A stretch of 64,000 nucleotides of DNA from the NCBI GenBank assembly GCA_025059235.1, contig JANXCV010000001.1:207204-271203 (forward strand), in the 5' to 3' direction. Shown one piece after another: positions 19,143-29,330 of the stretch; the stretch's first letter is position 1; every line of letters starts with the position of its first letter. This DNA comes from Candidatus Calescibacterium sp. (GTDB lineage: Bacteria > DRYD01). The notes under the pieces were generated by a model. That model searched no databases, was not told where the DNA came from, and saw only the letters and a program-made list of their open reading frames with translations. A program made the position numbers and the translations under genes.

Positions 19143-20308
19143 TGAAAGTTGGTATAGTATCGAATAGTCCTGGTGAGGTTGCTGGTTGGGCTATACCTGC
19201 CTCATCAATCCTAAAAAAAATAGGATCAAAAGTTGATCTGTACCTTACACCCTGTGTTTTCTCTACCAAGAAAGAATATGAAGTAGCTCTTAGGTACGGC
19301 AACTTCAATACTATATTTCCCCCAGAGCAAACCATACAGAAAATATTTTTTAAATCTCCTAAGTACGATATCTTTTTCCACATGGGAGGAGAAATATGGT
19401 ATTCAACAAGGTTTAGAACAAAAAAGCTTTTTTCTTACGGATGGGGAACTAAAAGTCTAGATAAATATTTTGAAGCCTACTTGGTTCCAAACCAATATTA
19501 CTATAGAAAACTCTTAGATCGAAATATAAGTTCTGGAAAGATAATCAAAATAAAAGACTTAACGTTTGAAAAATTAAAGCCACAAGAATATAATATTAAC
19601 TCCAATTTAATTGGTTTCATGTTAGGTAGCAGAGAAGTAGAGTTTTGGGGACTATTAGAAATCTATCTCGATGCCATAAAATTTATAGATCATCAATACA
19701 CCTTCATATTCTTTGTTTCACCTTTTATTTATCATCTTTTCAAAGACTATGAAGATTTTATGAGTAAAGTCAATTATTTTGTTAGCAAAAAAACGGGAAA
19801 ATATTCTGAGAGATTGAGATTTGTTATAGAGGAGTGGGAAAAAATAGACCTGTTGCCTAAGCTAAAACTACTGGTAACTATTCCTGGTACAAAGACCAAC
19901 GAGGCTGGTTATTTGGGAATACCACAGCTGGTTATTTTACCCGTTCAGAAACCAGAATACATTCCCATATGGGGCTTAGGAGGATGGCTGGATTTCCTCG
20001 GAAAAATAGGTAAAAAAATAAAAGGATACATCGTATCGAAATATATAAAAGATAAGATACTAACAGGTAAGAGATTCATAGCTATGCCCAATATAATAGC
20101 CAACCAAGCAATTATACCTGAATACGTAGGCAATATCCAAGGATATGACTTAGCAAATAAACTAAACCAGATTTTAGCTAATCACTCTTTTCTTATCGAT
20201 ATTTCCAAAAAACTAAGAAGTATCTATGAGGAATGGGAAAAACAGAGCATTAGTTTTGAAGAGTTTACTAGAAGAATATTAGAAGTTAATGGAGGTAAAA
20301 ATGGTTAA
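19142..20308 (+). CDS. Lipid-A-disaccharide synthase (LpxB)-related glycosyltransferase
   Basis: 388 aa. The N-terminus VGIVSNSPGEVAGWA and the C-terminal IAMPNIIANQAIIPEYVGN resemble the LpxB / LpxB-related family (SLPNLxAGxxxxPELLQ). This is by-eye similarity only. Confidence 0.5.
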   Translation: MKVGIVSNSPGEVAGWAIPASSILKKIGSKVDLYLTPCVFSTKKEYEVALRYGNFNTIFPPEQTIQKIFFKSPKYDIFFHMGGEIWYSTRFRTKKLFSYGWGTKSLDKYFEAYLVPNQYYYRKLLDRNISSGKIIKIKDLTFEKLKPQEYNINSNLIGFMLGSREVEFWGLLEIYLDAIKFIDHQYTFIFFVSPFIYHLFKDYEDFMSKVNYFVSKKTGKYSERLRFVIEEWEKIDLLPKLKLLVTIPGTKTNEAGYLGIPQLVILPVQKPEYIPIWGLGGWLDFLGKIGKKIKGYIVSKYIKDKILTGKRFIAMPNIIANQAIIPEYVGNIQGYDLANKLNQILANHSFLIDISKKLRSIYEEWEKQSISFEEFTRRILEVNGGKNG

Positions 20309-20708
20309 GAGTATTGCTTTTATATGTGTTGGTAACTCTGCAAGAAGTCAGATAGCCGAAGCTATAGCTAAAAAAATGATAAAAGATAGAAACCTAGACT
20401 TAAAAGTATATTCAGCAGGTACAAATCCTTGTGGGTATATTAACGCAATGGCAATAAGAATTCTAGAAGAGCAAGGTATTTCTATAGAAGGTCAATATTC
20501 AAAGGGGATTGAAGATATACCCTTACAAGAGATTGACCTTTTTATTTTGGTATGTGAACAAAGTAACTGCCTTAATTTACCCGGTAAGAAAGTTATTCAC
20601 TGGTTTTTACCAGATCCCTTTTACTACGAACAGTTTTACTTCATAACAGAAAGTCTTAAATCAAAAATTCAGGAACTGTTAGATATGATTCAGATGGGTA
20701 AAATATAA
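20301..20708 (+). CDS. Low-molecular-weight phosphotyrosine phosphatase / ArsC-type reductase family protein
   Basis: P-loop CX5R(S): IAFICVGNSARSQIAE. I prefer ATG 20301 (GGAGG 5 nt upstream) over the track's ATG 20289. Confidence 0.8.
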   Translation: MVKSIAFICVGNSARSQIAEAIAKKMIKDRNLDLKVYSAGTNPCGYINAMAIRILEEQGISIEGQYSKGIEDIPLQEIDLFILVCEQSNCLNLPGKKVIHWFLPDPFYYEQFYFITESLKSKIQELLDMIQMGKI

Positions 20709-20735
20709 AAAGTAAGATGTGGGGGTAGATTAGAA

Positions 20736-23700
20736 GTGAAAAAGATAGGTATCACTATGATTGAACTTTTAGTTTCCATAAGCATTATAATAATATTCTT
20801 TGTTTTGCTTTCGACATCTTTGATTTATTTTTATAGATTTCCTACGTTCGATATTTTCAAGGATGCATCGACGTACAGAACGATTTTCTTTGAATTATCC
20901 AAAACTCTAAAAGAAGCAGATGAAATTAAAAACATATATAATACTTCATCAGTCAGTGCTATATATGTTCAGGTTGAAGACAGTATTTATGCTTATAGGA
21001 TAAATAGAGTGGTTTCTAACAGAAGGTTAGAAAAGTCGGTAGATAGAGGATATACTTGGTTTTTTGTTCCGAATACTTCTAATTTGCAGGATATAGTATT
21101 TAAAGCTCCGGTGCCTTATAGTCAAGCAAAGATAGTTTTCGTTTCCCTAAAAACCAACTATCCCAATTATAAAATTTCTAAATTTCATCAATTTGCCGTA
21201 AAAATAAGAAAAGAAAAAGAAAAAAGATATGTTATAGCTGGGATTGTGAATTCTAATATTAATCCAAACAATAATAGGGTTCAATATACCTTAGGTGGTG
21301 CCGCTAACTGGCAGAATTTTTTAAATATATCAAATAGATTTTCTCCAAATTTTCTTAACATAGATACTTTCGTTACTTCTTCTTATAACAGTATTCAGCC
21401 TATTAGGATTCAAACAGATAATAGGTATCAGTTGTGGTACTTTTATAAGCAGAACTATAATTCTAGTTTTGGTTATACCTATCTAGATACATCAGGTGAT
21501 TTTCAGAGGGGTAGTACAGACACTATTCCTGGAGCCGATAGAGATTGGTTGAAAATCGTAAATGTTGGTAATTACTTGTATACTGCCTATGCTGTTATTG
21601 AGAAATTATATAATCCTTCTACAGGAAGCTGGGAGGACTATTATAGTGTCTATTTTGCCTACAAAAAATTAGTTCCCAATTATTGGCAGAATAATGTTAA
21701 ATCCTCTTGGCTTAAAAAGAGAGTATACAGTATAAGGAGAGTAGATATTAGCGGGGGAGATATTAAGTTTGTAAGGTTTTCTTACGGAAATGCAGCAGGT
21801 AACAAATTTCATATAACTTTCTGTACAGTTATCTCACAACTTCAACTGAATGCGAATAATTACCCTAGTGACTTTTACTACCTCGGAAGTAAAGATGGCA
21901 AAAATTGGAATTCAATAAATATTGACAAGACCTTAGTTTCAAAAAATATTATACCTATAGATAAACTCAATCCTCTTTTTGTTGTACCATTAGTTGATAC
22001 TTCCAATAAGCGTCTACACTTTGTTTTTGTGAATTGGGGTAATTTTAATAATCAAGATATCTATAGAGTAGCGTATTTGTATACAGATGATTTAAGTAGT
22101 TTCTCTGCTATTGAGTACTTGAATACTGGTAGTTTACCAGGTCCTGCTTATAGGAATATTCTTAATCAACCTTTTGGATGTGAGGAAATACGAGATTTTG
22201 ATGCTATTTTCTACAATGATTCAATATATATTGTTGTATCTGGGAGATTTAGGAGTTTAAGTATTCCTCGATTGTGGAATGGTCCAAGAGACAAAATTGC
22301 TATCTTATCCAAAAATATCTCCTCTGGCACAACAGTATATAATTTATATCCCAATCATTTGGATCCAACTAATATTACTTTTTCTAGTTGTTCATTAGCT
22401 ATAGAAAGGAATTATATTCATATTATTGGTAATAATCGAAATACTTTTTATTATCTCAGGCAGTTGATATTGATTGCGATGACAGTTGACATGATCTCAT
22501 CAACTTTTGGAAATCAGAATGCTTTATGTATAGATTCTTTTCATGATGGGAATTATTTACATTTTAGTTTTTATGATGTTAACTCAGGGGATTTGGATTA
22601 CTACAGAATATTTAATCCTTTGAATCCATCGCTTGCGAAAATAGGTTCACGGTCAATTGACGATAACTTGGTTATTCCTTCAAATAGTATTGATGGTGAG
22701 CGACTGCTAGGTAGGGATATAGTCAATGGTGAAATGAGTGGGATTACGAGAGGTTCTGATGGTTATTTACACTTTTTAACGTATTGCCGTGACTCCTCAA
22801 GTTTAGGCGAGGTAATTTATATTTATCCTACTAATCCTTCTAATCCCATGCCAAATGCTAATGGATTCGACACTTTGCTGGTCCATGACTCTTCGTCATA
22901 CTATAGATCCATAAATTGTGATGTCAACGATAACGGTAATTTCGTTGTAACCTACACCGATAATTCTGGTAACGAAGGATTACCTCCTCAGGCTAACAAT
23001 ATAAATGATCTGAAGATATACATCGATAATTTTCATACTGAGATAGACGGTAACAGGAGATTTGATACTGAAAATAATACTAACATATCCGGATCTTTAA
23101 GTTGTGGATTTCATAATGATGTAAAAATTGTTAATAATACAATTTATGTGGCTTATTTTGTATTAGACGGAGACATTTTACTCTTAAAATTTGCTAAGTC
23201 ATATGATAAAGGAGAAACGTGGATTCTAGAAGAAGATTACCTATCAAAAACTTTTGTAATCAATAATCTATCTAGCAATGATATTAGTTTGCAAGTCAAG
23301 GGGAACATTATAAATGTTGTGTACAGGTATTATGACTTTTATTTAGGTGTATCAAAAAAGGAAAATGGCTACTGGAATACATATTTTCCTTCCGATGTAC
23401 CTACCGGAGCGTTTAATATCCGTACTTTTCTCGACAAATCTAATAACCTCCATATCCTTAGTTTTGGAGATAATCAGAACCCAACTGAAAAAGTATATTA
23501 CAGAGTATTCAGAAATGATACGAATATGTTTGAACTTTTTGATGGAATTGATACACTTAACTTAAGAGAGAAGTACATAACTTATGGGATACAAGCTATG
23601 GGTCCAACAGGAGATATATTGGTCGAGGATGATGGTACAGTATATATAGTCATTAGTACCCTAAGGAGTAATAATCTATATGGTGTGGATTTGCTTATTA

Positions 23701-23792
23701 GGAGGAATGGTATTTGGCAGCCACCTATAAGAATTCCTCCATCCTCACCAGTAAATTACCTACTCAATTCGCTGAGAATCAATAAATGGTAG
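20736..23792 (+). CDS. Large (1018 aa) protein with a prepilin-type N-terminal motif and BNR/Asp-box repeats
   Basis: The N-terminus MKKIGITMIELLVSISIIIIFFVLL matches the G-[FI]-T-x-I-E + hydrophobic helix class III signal. Three Asp-box motifs of SxDxGxTW type are present: SVDRGYTW, SKDGKNWN, SYDKGETW. Confidence 0.7.
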   Translation: MKKIGITMIELLVSISIIIIFFVLLSTSLIYFYRFPTFDIFKDASTYRTIFFELSKTLKEADEIKNIYNTSSVSAIYVQVEDSIYAYRINRVVSNRRLEKSVDRGYTWFFVPNTSNLQDIVFKAPVPYSQAKIVFVSLKTNYPNYKISKFHQFAVKIRKEKEKRYVIAGIVNSNINPNNNRVQYTLGGAANWQNFLNISNRFSPNFLNIDTFVTSSYNSIQPIRIQTDNRYQLWYFYKQNYNSSFGYTYLDTSGDFQRGSTDTIPGADRDWLKIVNVGNYLYTAYAVIEKLYNPSTGSWEDYYSVYFAYKKLVPNYWQNNVKSSWLKKRVYSIRRVDISGGDIKFVRFSYGNAAGNKFHITFCTVISQLQLNANNYPSDFYYLGSKDGKNWNSINIDKTLVSKNIIPIDKLNPLFVVPLVDTSNKRLHFVFVNWGNFNNQDIYRVAYLYTDDLSSFSAIEYLNTGSLPGPAYRNILNQPFGCEEIRDFDAIFYNDSIYIVVSGRFRSLSIPRLWNGPRDKIAILSKNISSGTTVYNLYPNHLDPTNITFSSCSLAIERNYIHIIGNNRNTFYYLRQLILIAMTVDMISSTFGNQNALCIDSFHDGNYLHFSFYDVNSGDLDYYRIFNPLNPSLAKIGSRSIDDNLVIPSNSIDGERLLGRDIVNGEMSGITRGSDGYLHFLTYCRDSSSLGEVIYIYPTNPSNPMPNANGFDTLLVHDSSSYYRSINCDVNDNGNFVVTYTDNSGNEGLPPQANNINDLKIYIDNFHTEIDGNRRFDTENNTNISGSLSCGFHNDVKIVNNTIYVAYFVLDGDILLLKFAKSYDKGETWILEEDYLSKTFVINNLSSNDISLQVKGNIINVVYRYYDFYLGVSKKENGYWNTYFPSDVPTGAFNIRTFLDKSNNLHILSFGDNQNPTEKVYYRVFRNDTNMFELFDGIDTLNLREKYITYGIQAMGPTGDILVEDDGTVYIVISTLRSNNLYGVDLLIRRNGIWQPPIRIPPSSPVNYLLNSLRINKW

Positions 23793-23927
23793 AAATAGGA
23801 TTGAAATTTATTCAGAGCTAGTAGGAGGGGTATCCCAAGTTAAAACAACATTATGTCATTCCTAGGAGTAAAGATTTACTTTACTTACATTGAAGAGGTT
23901 ATAAAAAATTCAAAGTGAACTATATGT

Positions 23928-24695
23928 ATGAATCTTAGTCTAATATTACCTATTTATAATGCTCAGGAATTCATTCATGATTCTCTGGAAAAGCTGGTTG
24001 AATTACTTGAAAAAACTGAGGTTCCAGAGATTCAGGTTATCCTTGTTAACGATGGAAGCGAGGATAATACCCTTGAAAGGATAAATAATTTTTTACAGAG
24101 TTATAACGGTAGAATAAAATTTGATCTTATTTCCTATGAAAAGAATAGGAATATAGGTTTTGCAATAAGGCAAGGAATAGAAAAAGTTAAGAATGAAGTG
24201 GTTATGATAATGGACTGTGATTTACCTTTTAAGCTAGATATAGTCACTCAATCTCTGATTCTTATTCGAAGTTGTGATATGGTTACAGTAGATAGAACCA
24301 AAAAGAAAGAGTCTTACAATGTAGGATTTCTGAGATTTTTGTTGCATCGTGGTCTAATTTTTATCATTAAGATCATTTTTGGAAAATACTTAAGGGGTAT
24401 AGATGATTTCGTTGCTGGTTTTAAAGTTATAAAGAAAGATCTCTTGGATAAAATAAAGCACAATCTTTGCTCTAATACTTCCTTAATTCATTTCGAGATA
24501 ATATTGCTTACTCAGTTGTTAAATTTGAAGGGAGCTAACTATAAGATTTGTTTTGTTTACCCTTATCTTAATGTAGATACCAATAAATTTTCAACTTATT
24601 CCTTTGCAAAAATTATAAAGACTGTGATGAAAATTTTGCTTGAGCTTATTGTGATAAAAATAAACCTAAGAAAGATTATCAATGAAAGGATATGA
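23928..24695 (+). CDS. Family 2 glycosyltransferase (polyprenol-phosphate sugar transferase-like)
   Basis: LSLILPIYNAQEFI, ILVNDGSEDNT, MIMDCDL. Confidence 0.75.
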   Translation: MNLSLILPIYNAQEFIHDSLEKLVELLEKTEVPEIQVILVNDGSEDNTLERINNFLQSYNGRIKFDLISYEKNRNIGFAIRQGIEKVKNEVVMIMDCDLPFKLDIVTQSLILIRSCDMVTVDRTKKKESYNVGFLRFLLHRGLIFIIKIIFGKYLRGIDDFVAGFKVIKKDLLDKIKHNLCSNTSLIHFEIILLTQLLNLKGANYKICFVYPYLNVDTNKFSTYSFAKIIKTVMKILLELIVIKINLRKIINERI

Positions 24696-24795
24696 GGTTT
24701 TCGATATGGAGTTTTCAGAGGGCTAGTTATGATCATCCTCTTAAAAAATGTCATCTTTTTGAATAGCCATTACTTTGTTATAGGATGGTAGATAT

Positions 24796-26055
24796 ATGAT
24801 CGAGAAGGTATATTTTCAAGATATTGATATTGATGGTGCTTGTTTTGGTTATTTAGGAGATAAAAGGGTTAAGGCTTATGGGGTTTTGCCAGGCGAAGTA
24901 GCAAAAGTAAAGATCATAAATAAGAAGAAAGAATTTTTTGAAGCTATTCCAATAGAAGTCATAGAGTCTTCCCCTTACAGGATAGATTCTGTAGAAGAAC
25001 ATTTTATTTCCTGTTCTCCCTGGCAAGTTATGGATTATAGTTATCAGTTGAGATTAAAGAAGCAGATACTGAGGAACATTTTTGGTGTAGAGGATTTGAT
25101 TTTGGAACCTTCTCCCAAGATTTTTGGATACAGAACGAAGGTAGAGTTTTCTTTCTTTATTGATCAAAAAGTCAATTTAGCTTTTTTTAAAAGGGGAACC
25201 TATAAATCGAAATACAAATTAAGTTCTGGTTGTGTGCTTGCTTCTGAGAGAATGAATAATTTTGCAATTAAGATAGTTGAGTTGATTAACCGTAGTTCGT
25301 ATGATTTTTCTTTACTTAAGGGATTTGTAATTCGTGAAAGTAAGTCCTATAACGATTTAGTCGGTTCTTTATTTGTAAAAAGCGAAGAAATCGAACTTAA
25401 TGTTGATCTGGAGAAAAACGAAGGATTTTATGTCTTTTATTCCGATCCTAGATCCCCTGCTTTTGTCTTTACCAAACAGATAAATCACAAAGGTATTGAT
25501 AAACTAGCAGAGGATATAAACGGATTGAAGATATTCTATGGAATCAAATCTTTCTTTCAGAATAATGTTTACCTATTTAAAAAAGCTATAAAGGACATGA
25601 AGTTTCAAATTGATCGGGTAAAGAAGATAATTGAGTTGTATTGTGGAGTCGGAACTATAGGTTTATCCTTTACCGATTTGGCCAAAGAAATTATCGGTAT
25701 AGAAATAATAGAGGAAGCTTGTCAATTTGCAAGATTAAACGCAGAAGTTAACAACATAAAAAATTATACGATTATAAATGCTGACGTTGTTGATATTGAT
25801 CGAGATTTATTAGAAGGTGCGGATATTTTAGTTATTGACCCTCCCCGAACTGGCCTCAATCCAAAGGTCATAAAAAAAATACTCGATTGCTTGCCAAATA
25901 TCATACTATATCTTTCCTGTAATCCTTTGACTCAGAAAAGAGATTGTGAATTTCTCAGTGACAGGTACGCTATTGATTTTATAAAAGCTTACGATTTTTA
26001 TCCTCATACACCTCATATCGAATGCCTAGTTAAACTTATCAAAAAAGGATCTTAG
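24796..26055 (+). CDS. SAM-dependent RNA (uracil-5)-methyltransferase, RlmD/TrmA family
   Basis: FFQNN, ELYCGVGTIGL, VIDPPRTGL, YLSCNP, and an N-terminal TRAM-like segment. The Fe-S cysteine cluster of RumA is not evident. Confidence 0.85.
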   Translation: MIEKVYFQDIDIDGACFGYLGDKRVKAYGVLPGEVAKVKIINKKKEFFEAIPIEVIESSPYRIDSVEEHFISCSPWQVMDYSYQLRLKKQILRNIFGVEDLILEPSPKIFGYRTKVEFSFFIDQKVNLAFFKRGTYKSKYKLSSGCVLASERMNNFAIKIVELINRSSYDFSLLKGFVIRESKSYNDLVGSLFVKSEEIELNVDLEKNEGFYVFYSDPRSPAFVFTKQINHKGIDKLAEDINGLKIFYGIKSFFQNNVYLFKKAIKDMKFQIDRVKKIIELYCGVGTIGLSFTDLAKEIIGIEIIEEACQFARLNAEVNNIKNYTIINADVVDIDRDLLEGADILVIDPPRTGLNPKVIKKILDCLPNIILYLSCNPLTQKRDCEFLSDRYAIDFIKAYDFYPHTPHIECLVKLIKKGS

Positions 26056-26104
26056 ATGGAATAAGTGGAAGTATATTATAAACCCATAGGGGGATTGTAC
26101 AGAG

Positions 26105-28627
26105 ATGACAGGATTTATTAAAGTGTTTTTGATGACTATTTGTTTTGTCTGTATTTGGTTATTTTTTGTTAACGCTCAAGATAGGGTTTATAGAGCTGTA
26201 TCGACAGACGGTAGTCCATCATTCCAAGAAGTTGTTTCACATATTTATGGAAACTCTTTTACCAATGATTCTGCTATATCCAATAGCTACGTGTTGGTTA
26301 ACGAAAATCAGTGGTTATGGGACCATAATTTTGCAGTTTATGTTTATGACCAGATTTCTTCTACTTTTGTAAATAATGCTCAAATTACTAATCGGGCAGA
26401 TTTCATCAATCGTACATATCCTAATAACTTCATGAATGTAGCTGCCTGGGTTGGTTATAATTGGAATTCAGGTAGTCAAACATCATCAATACAAAATAAT
26501 GGAATATTAGGGAATATCATATATTTGTCTAACCATAATGGGGGAAATTTCTTCAATTACTCCTTGTATTCTTCCAATTCTAATCCCACAATCATTAACA
26601 GAGGCACCATTGATAACATTATCGATATATCAGATTCTTACAATATACAGAATTTATACAACTTTTCCATGAGTTCATATAATTCACAAACTAGAGACAT
26701 AATTGAAAATTATGGAGAGATAAATAATATCATAAGAGCTAATAATCTACAAATATCAAACTCTTCCTCTTATCAGGGGATATTCAATTACTCAATACAT
26801 TCTTTCTCAGAAAATTCTCTGGAAGTCAGTATTAAAAATGATGGTACTATCAATACATCTTCTTATATTTTTTCATCTTTTTCTCCTGTAATAAGGAATC
26901 AAAGCATGCTGGTAGCTAATTTATCATCTTACTTATCCAGAGTGGAAATTTTAAACACTGGTTTCTGTGTCTCTAATTTGACGCTAATAGATTCGAACTC
27001 TAATGCTATTTCTAATGATGGCATTGCTATTTATAATTCTGTGGAATCTATTGTGCAGAATATTGGGAGTATAGATGTTAAAACCTCTCTAACGAATTCT
27101 AACTTTAATAATATTTCTATTCATGGTATTGCTACTTATAATTCTACGCAATCTATTGTACGGAATACTGGAAGTATAGTTGTTAATACCTTTTTAGATT
27201 CTAGTTTTACGGGAGAGATTAAATCAATCTCTGGTATATATTTTGAAAATATAGGTTCTGGTAGTATTGAAAATATAGGAAATATTAGTATGTTAGGAGA
27301 TTTACCTAATAATTATGTTGGTGCGGGGATAAGATTATATCAGTCTGGATTTACAAGTCCTATCCGTATATCGACACCTGTTTTGATGGACCTTGATCCA
27401 GGTTATAGGAGTATAATACTTGATGGATCGAATGCAGAGTTATTGAGTTTTGGTCTTTATATCGACGGTGATCCAACTTCACCATTGTACACCAGACCAA
27501 TATTACTAATGAATTCATCTGAACTTAATCTAAATAACACCATCCTTCACTTGCATATAGGTAATAACATACATTTGAATAAGCCATATTATATTATAGA
27601 AAATCAGGGATCTATTGTTACCGGAGAATTTGATCCCAATTTCATAAGGTATTTCAATATTACTAATCCTAGCATAAATGTGGGATGGTACAATGGTCTA
27701 ACCGGAGGAGATGAAGTGGCAATAATATTCACCTATGATCCCAAGATGAGTATATCTAATAATCAACAAATAGCATACAGCTTAGTATATAGAAATCTTT
27801 CAGATAGTCTCAGAGATGTCATAATAAATGATTATCATAATTTAACCAGTTCGATAGATAGATGGCAGATAGGAAGCTACAAATTCTATGAGGTAATAGA
27901 GGGCGAAAAACTTGGATTCGAAGCTAAAGTATATGGAAAGAACATAATGATAAATAGGATAGGAGAAAAGTACAAGTATGGAGGTATAATTTCCTTTGGC
28001 AAAATGGACTCAGATAGTACAGAGTACTCAGATATGATCTACAGAGCAAGAGGTAAATATTTTGGTTATGGGGTATATGGTCTAAAGGAAATCGGAAACG
28101 GCTATCTAGTTGGCATATATCATAGGATGAAAATGGACACTAAGTATAACAGTTATACTGGATTGAATATGGACATTCAGGAGAGATATAAGGATAAAGT
28201 GGATATGAGTAATGCTAAGATAGAATATGGTTTTGGAAATAGAAGCAGGATAGTATTGGGTTTATCAAAGACGATAATAGAGGGGTACGGATATGAGACA
28301 AATGCGGATTATCAGTTGTGGAATAGAAGGGTAGAAGTAGAGAGTTTGGACTCTACTGAAGGGTATATTGGATTCGATATACTTGACAAGACCAAAGAAG
28401 ACTCATATTATTTCACGATAAGGCTATGTCAGATACTTTCAGGTGATACCGTATCATCGTATGAGGAGCTTCAAGGAAATCGGGAAAATATCTCACAAAA
28501 AATACCACGTACTAATTTGAAGCTAGGTGCATATTACAAAACTTCATCGAATATATTCTTGGGATTAAAAGCAGAAATCAACAAGGATTATCAAAAATAT
28601 GCAATAAAGGTAGGAAAATATTTTTAG
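26105..28627 (+). CDS. Autotransporter-like outer-membrane protein (signal peptide, N/S/I-rich repeat passenger, C-terminal beta-barrel ending in F)
   Basis: The N-terminus MTGFIKVFLMTICFVCIWLFFVNAQ is signal-like. The passenger carries repeated I-x-N-x-G-x-I modules. The last ~270 aa have an alternating aromatic/polar pattern and end ...YAIKVGKYF. Confidence 0.6.
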   Translation: MTGFIKVFLMTICFVCIWLFFVNAQDRVYRAVSTDGSPSFQEVVSHIYGNSFTNDSAISNSYVLVNENQWLWDHNFAVYVYDQISSTFVNNAQITNRADFINRTYPNNFMNVAAWVGYNWNSGSQTSSIQNNGILGNIIYLSNHNGGNFFNYSLYSSNSNPTIINRGTIDNIIDISDSYNIQNLYNFSMSSYNSQTRDIIENYGEINNIIRANNLQISNSSSYQGIFNYSIHSFSENSLEVSIKNDGTINTSSYIFSSFSPVIRNQSMLVANLSSYLSRVEILNTGFCVSNLTLIDSNSNAISNDGIAIYNSVESIVQNIGSIDVKTSLTNSNFNNISIHGIATYNSTQSIVRNTGSIVVNTFLDSSFTGEIKSISGIYFENIGSGSIENIGNISMLGDLPNNYVGAGIRLYQSGFTSPIRISTPVLMDLDPGYRSIILDGSNAELLSFGLYIDGDPTSPLYTRPILLMNSSELNLNNTILHLHIGNNIHLNKPYYIIENQGSIVTGEFDPNFIRYFNITNPSINVGWYNGLTGGDEVAIIFTYDPKMSISNNQQIAYSLVYRNLSDSLRDVIINDYHNLTSSIDRWQIGSYKFYEVIEGEKLGFEAKVYGKNIMINRIGEKYKYGGIISFGKMDSDSTEYSDMIYRARGKYFGYGVYGLKEIGNGYLVGIYHRMKMDTKYNSYTGLNMDIQERYKDKVDMSNAKIEYGFGNRSRIVLGLSKTIIEGYGYETNADYQLWNRRVEVESLDSTEGYIGFDILDKTKEDSYYFTIRLCQILSGDTVSSYEELQGNRENISQKIPRTNLKLGAYYKTSSNIFLGLKAEINKDYQKYAIKVGKYF
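26996..27205. repeat. Two tandem 105-bp (35-codon) in-frame repeat units inside the autotransporter-like gene
   Basis: Unit 1 (26996-27100) encodes NSNAISNDGIAIYNSVESIVQNIGSIDVKTSLTNS. Unit 2 (27101-27205) encodes NFNNISIHGIATYNSTQSIVRNTGSIVVNTFLDSS. They are clearly alignable at the DNA level, with many substitutions. Confidence 0.8.
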
Positions 28628-28708
28628 GGGATTAGCTTTAGTCGAGTTGTGTTAGACTCTAGTTAAGTACTGTTGGTGCCCTTGCTTATGTGATTATTTA
28701 GGGAAGGA

Positions 28709-29329
28709 TCACTTCAAAAAGGGATTATAGATTTTTTCATGTTTTATTGTTGTTGATTCTCCATGACCAGGTAAAACAATCATATTTTCGGGTAGTATCA
28801 TTATTTTTTGGTTTATACTGGTTATGAGTTTGTCGAAACATCCTCCTATTAGGTCGGTTCTTCCTATCGATTCTCTAAAGATTGTGTCTCCTGAGAAAAG
28901 TACTCCATCTATAATCAGTGATATGCTTCCCTCGGTGTGACCTGGTGTATGTATGACTTCAATCTCGAATTCTCCTATTTTTACTCTACCCTCTTCTATA
29001 TGAGAATATTCAAATTCAGGATATTCTGTAAATCCATACTCTTTATATATTTGTTGAGATATTTTTATTTGTATGTCATCTAGCTTATTCATGAATGGTT
29101 TTATTTTTGTGTGAGTGATTAGATTTTTTACTCCACATATGTGATCTACATGCCCATGGGTTAGAATTAATCCAACGAGTTCAAGGTTATTATTTTTTAT
29201 AAAATCTATTATTGGCTTACTTTCTGTACAGTCTATAAGCAAAACTTTACCGTTTTTAATGATGCAATAATTATTGGTATAGAATTCGCTTAATGTGAAT
29301 CTGAATATGTTGGGTAAAATTTTTTCCAT
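28709..29329 (-). CDS. Metallo-beta-lactamase-fold hydrolase (glyoxalase II-like)
   Basis: LILTHGHVDHICG (HxHxDH), HTPGHTEGS, GDTIF...GRTD, PGHG. Confidence 0.85.
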   Translation of the reverse strand: MEKILPNIFRFTLSEFYTNNYCIIKNGKVLLIDCTESKPIIDFIKNNNLELVGLILTHGHVDHICGVKNLITHTKIKPFMNKLDDIQIKISQQIYKEYGFTEYPEFEYSHIEEGRVKIGEFEIEVIHTPGHTEGSISLIIDGVLFSGDTIFRESIGRTDLIGGCFDKLITSINQKIMILPENMIVLPGHGESTTIKHEKIYNPFLK

Positions 29330-29330
29330 G

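Noticed and set aside
26996-27205. The 105-bp repeat pair as a diversity-generating retroelement template/variable-repeat pair.
   Set aside because: The two copies are adjacent and in frame within one gene. Their differences are not restricted to adenine positions, and there is no reverse transcriptase anywhere in the window.
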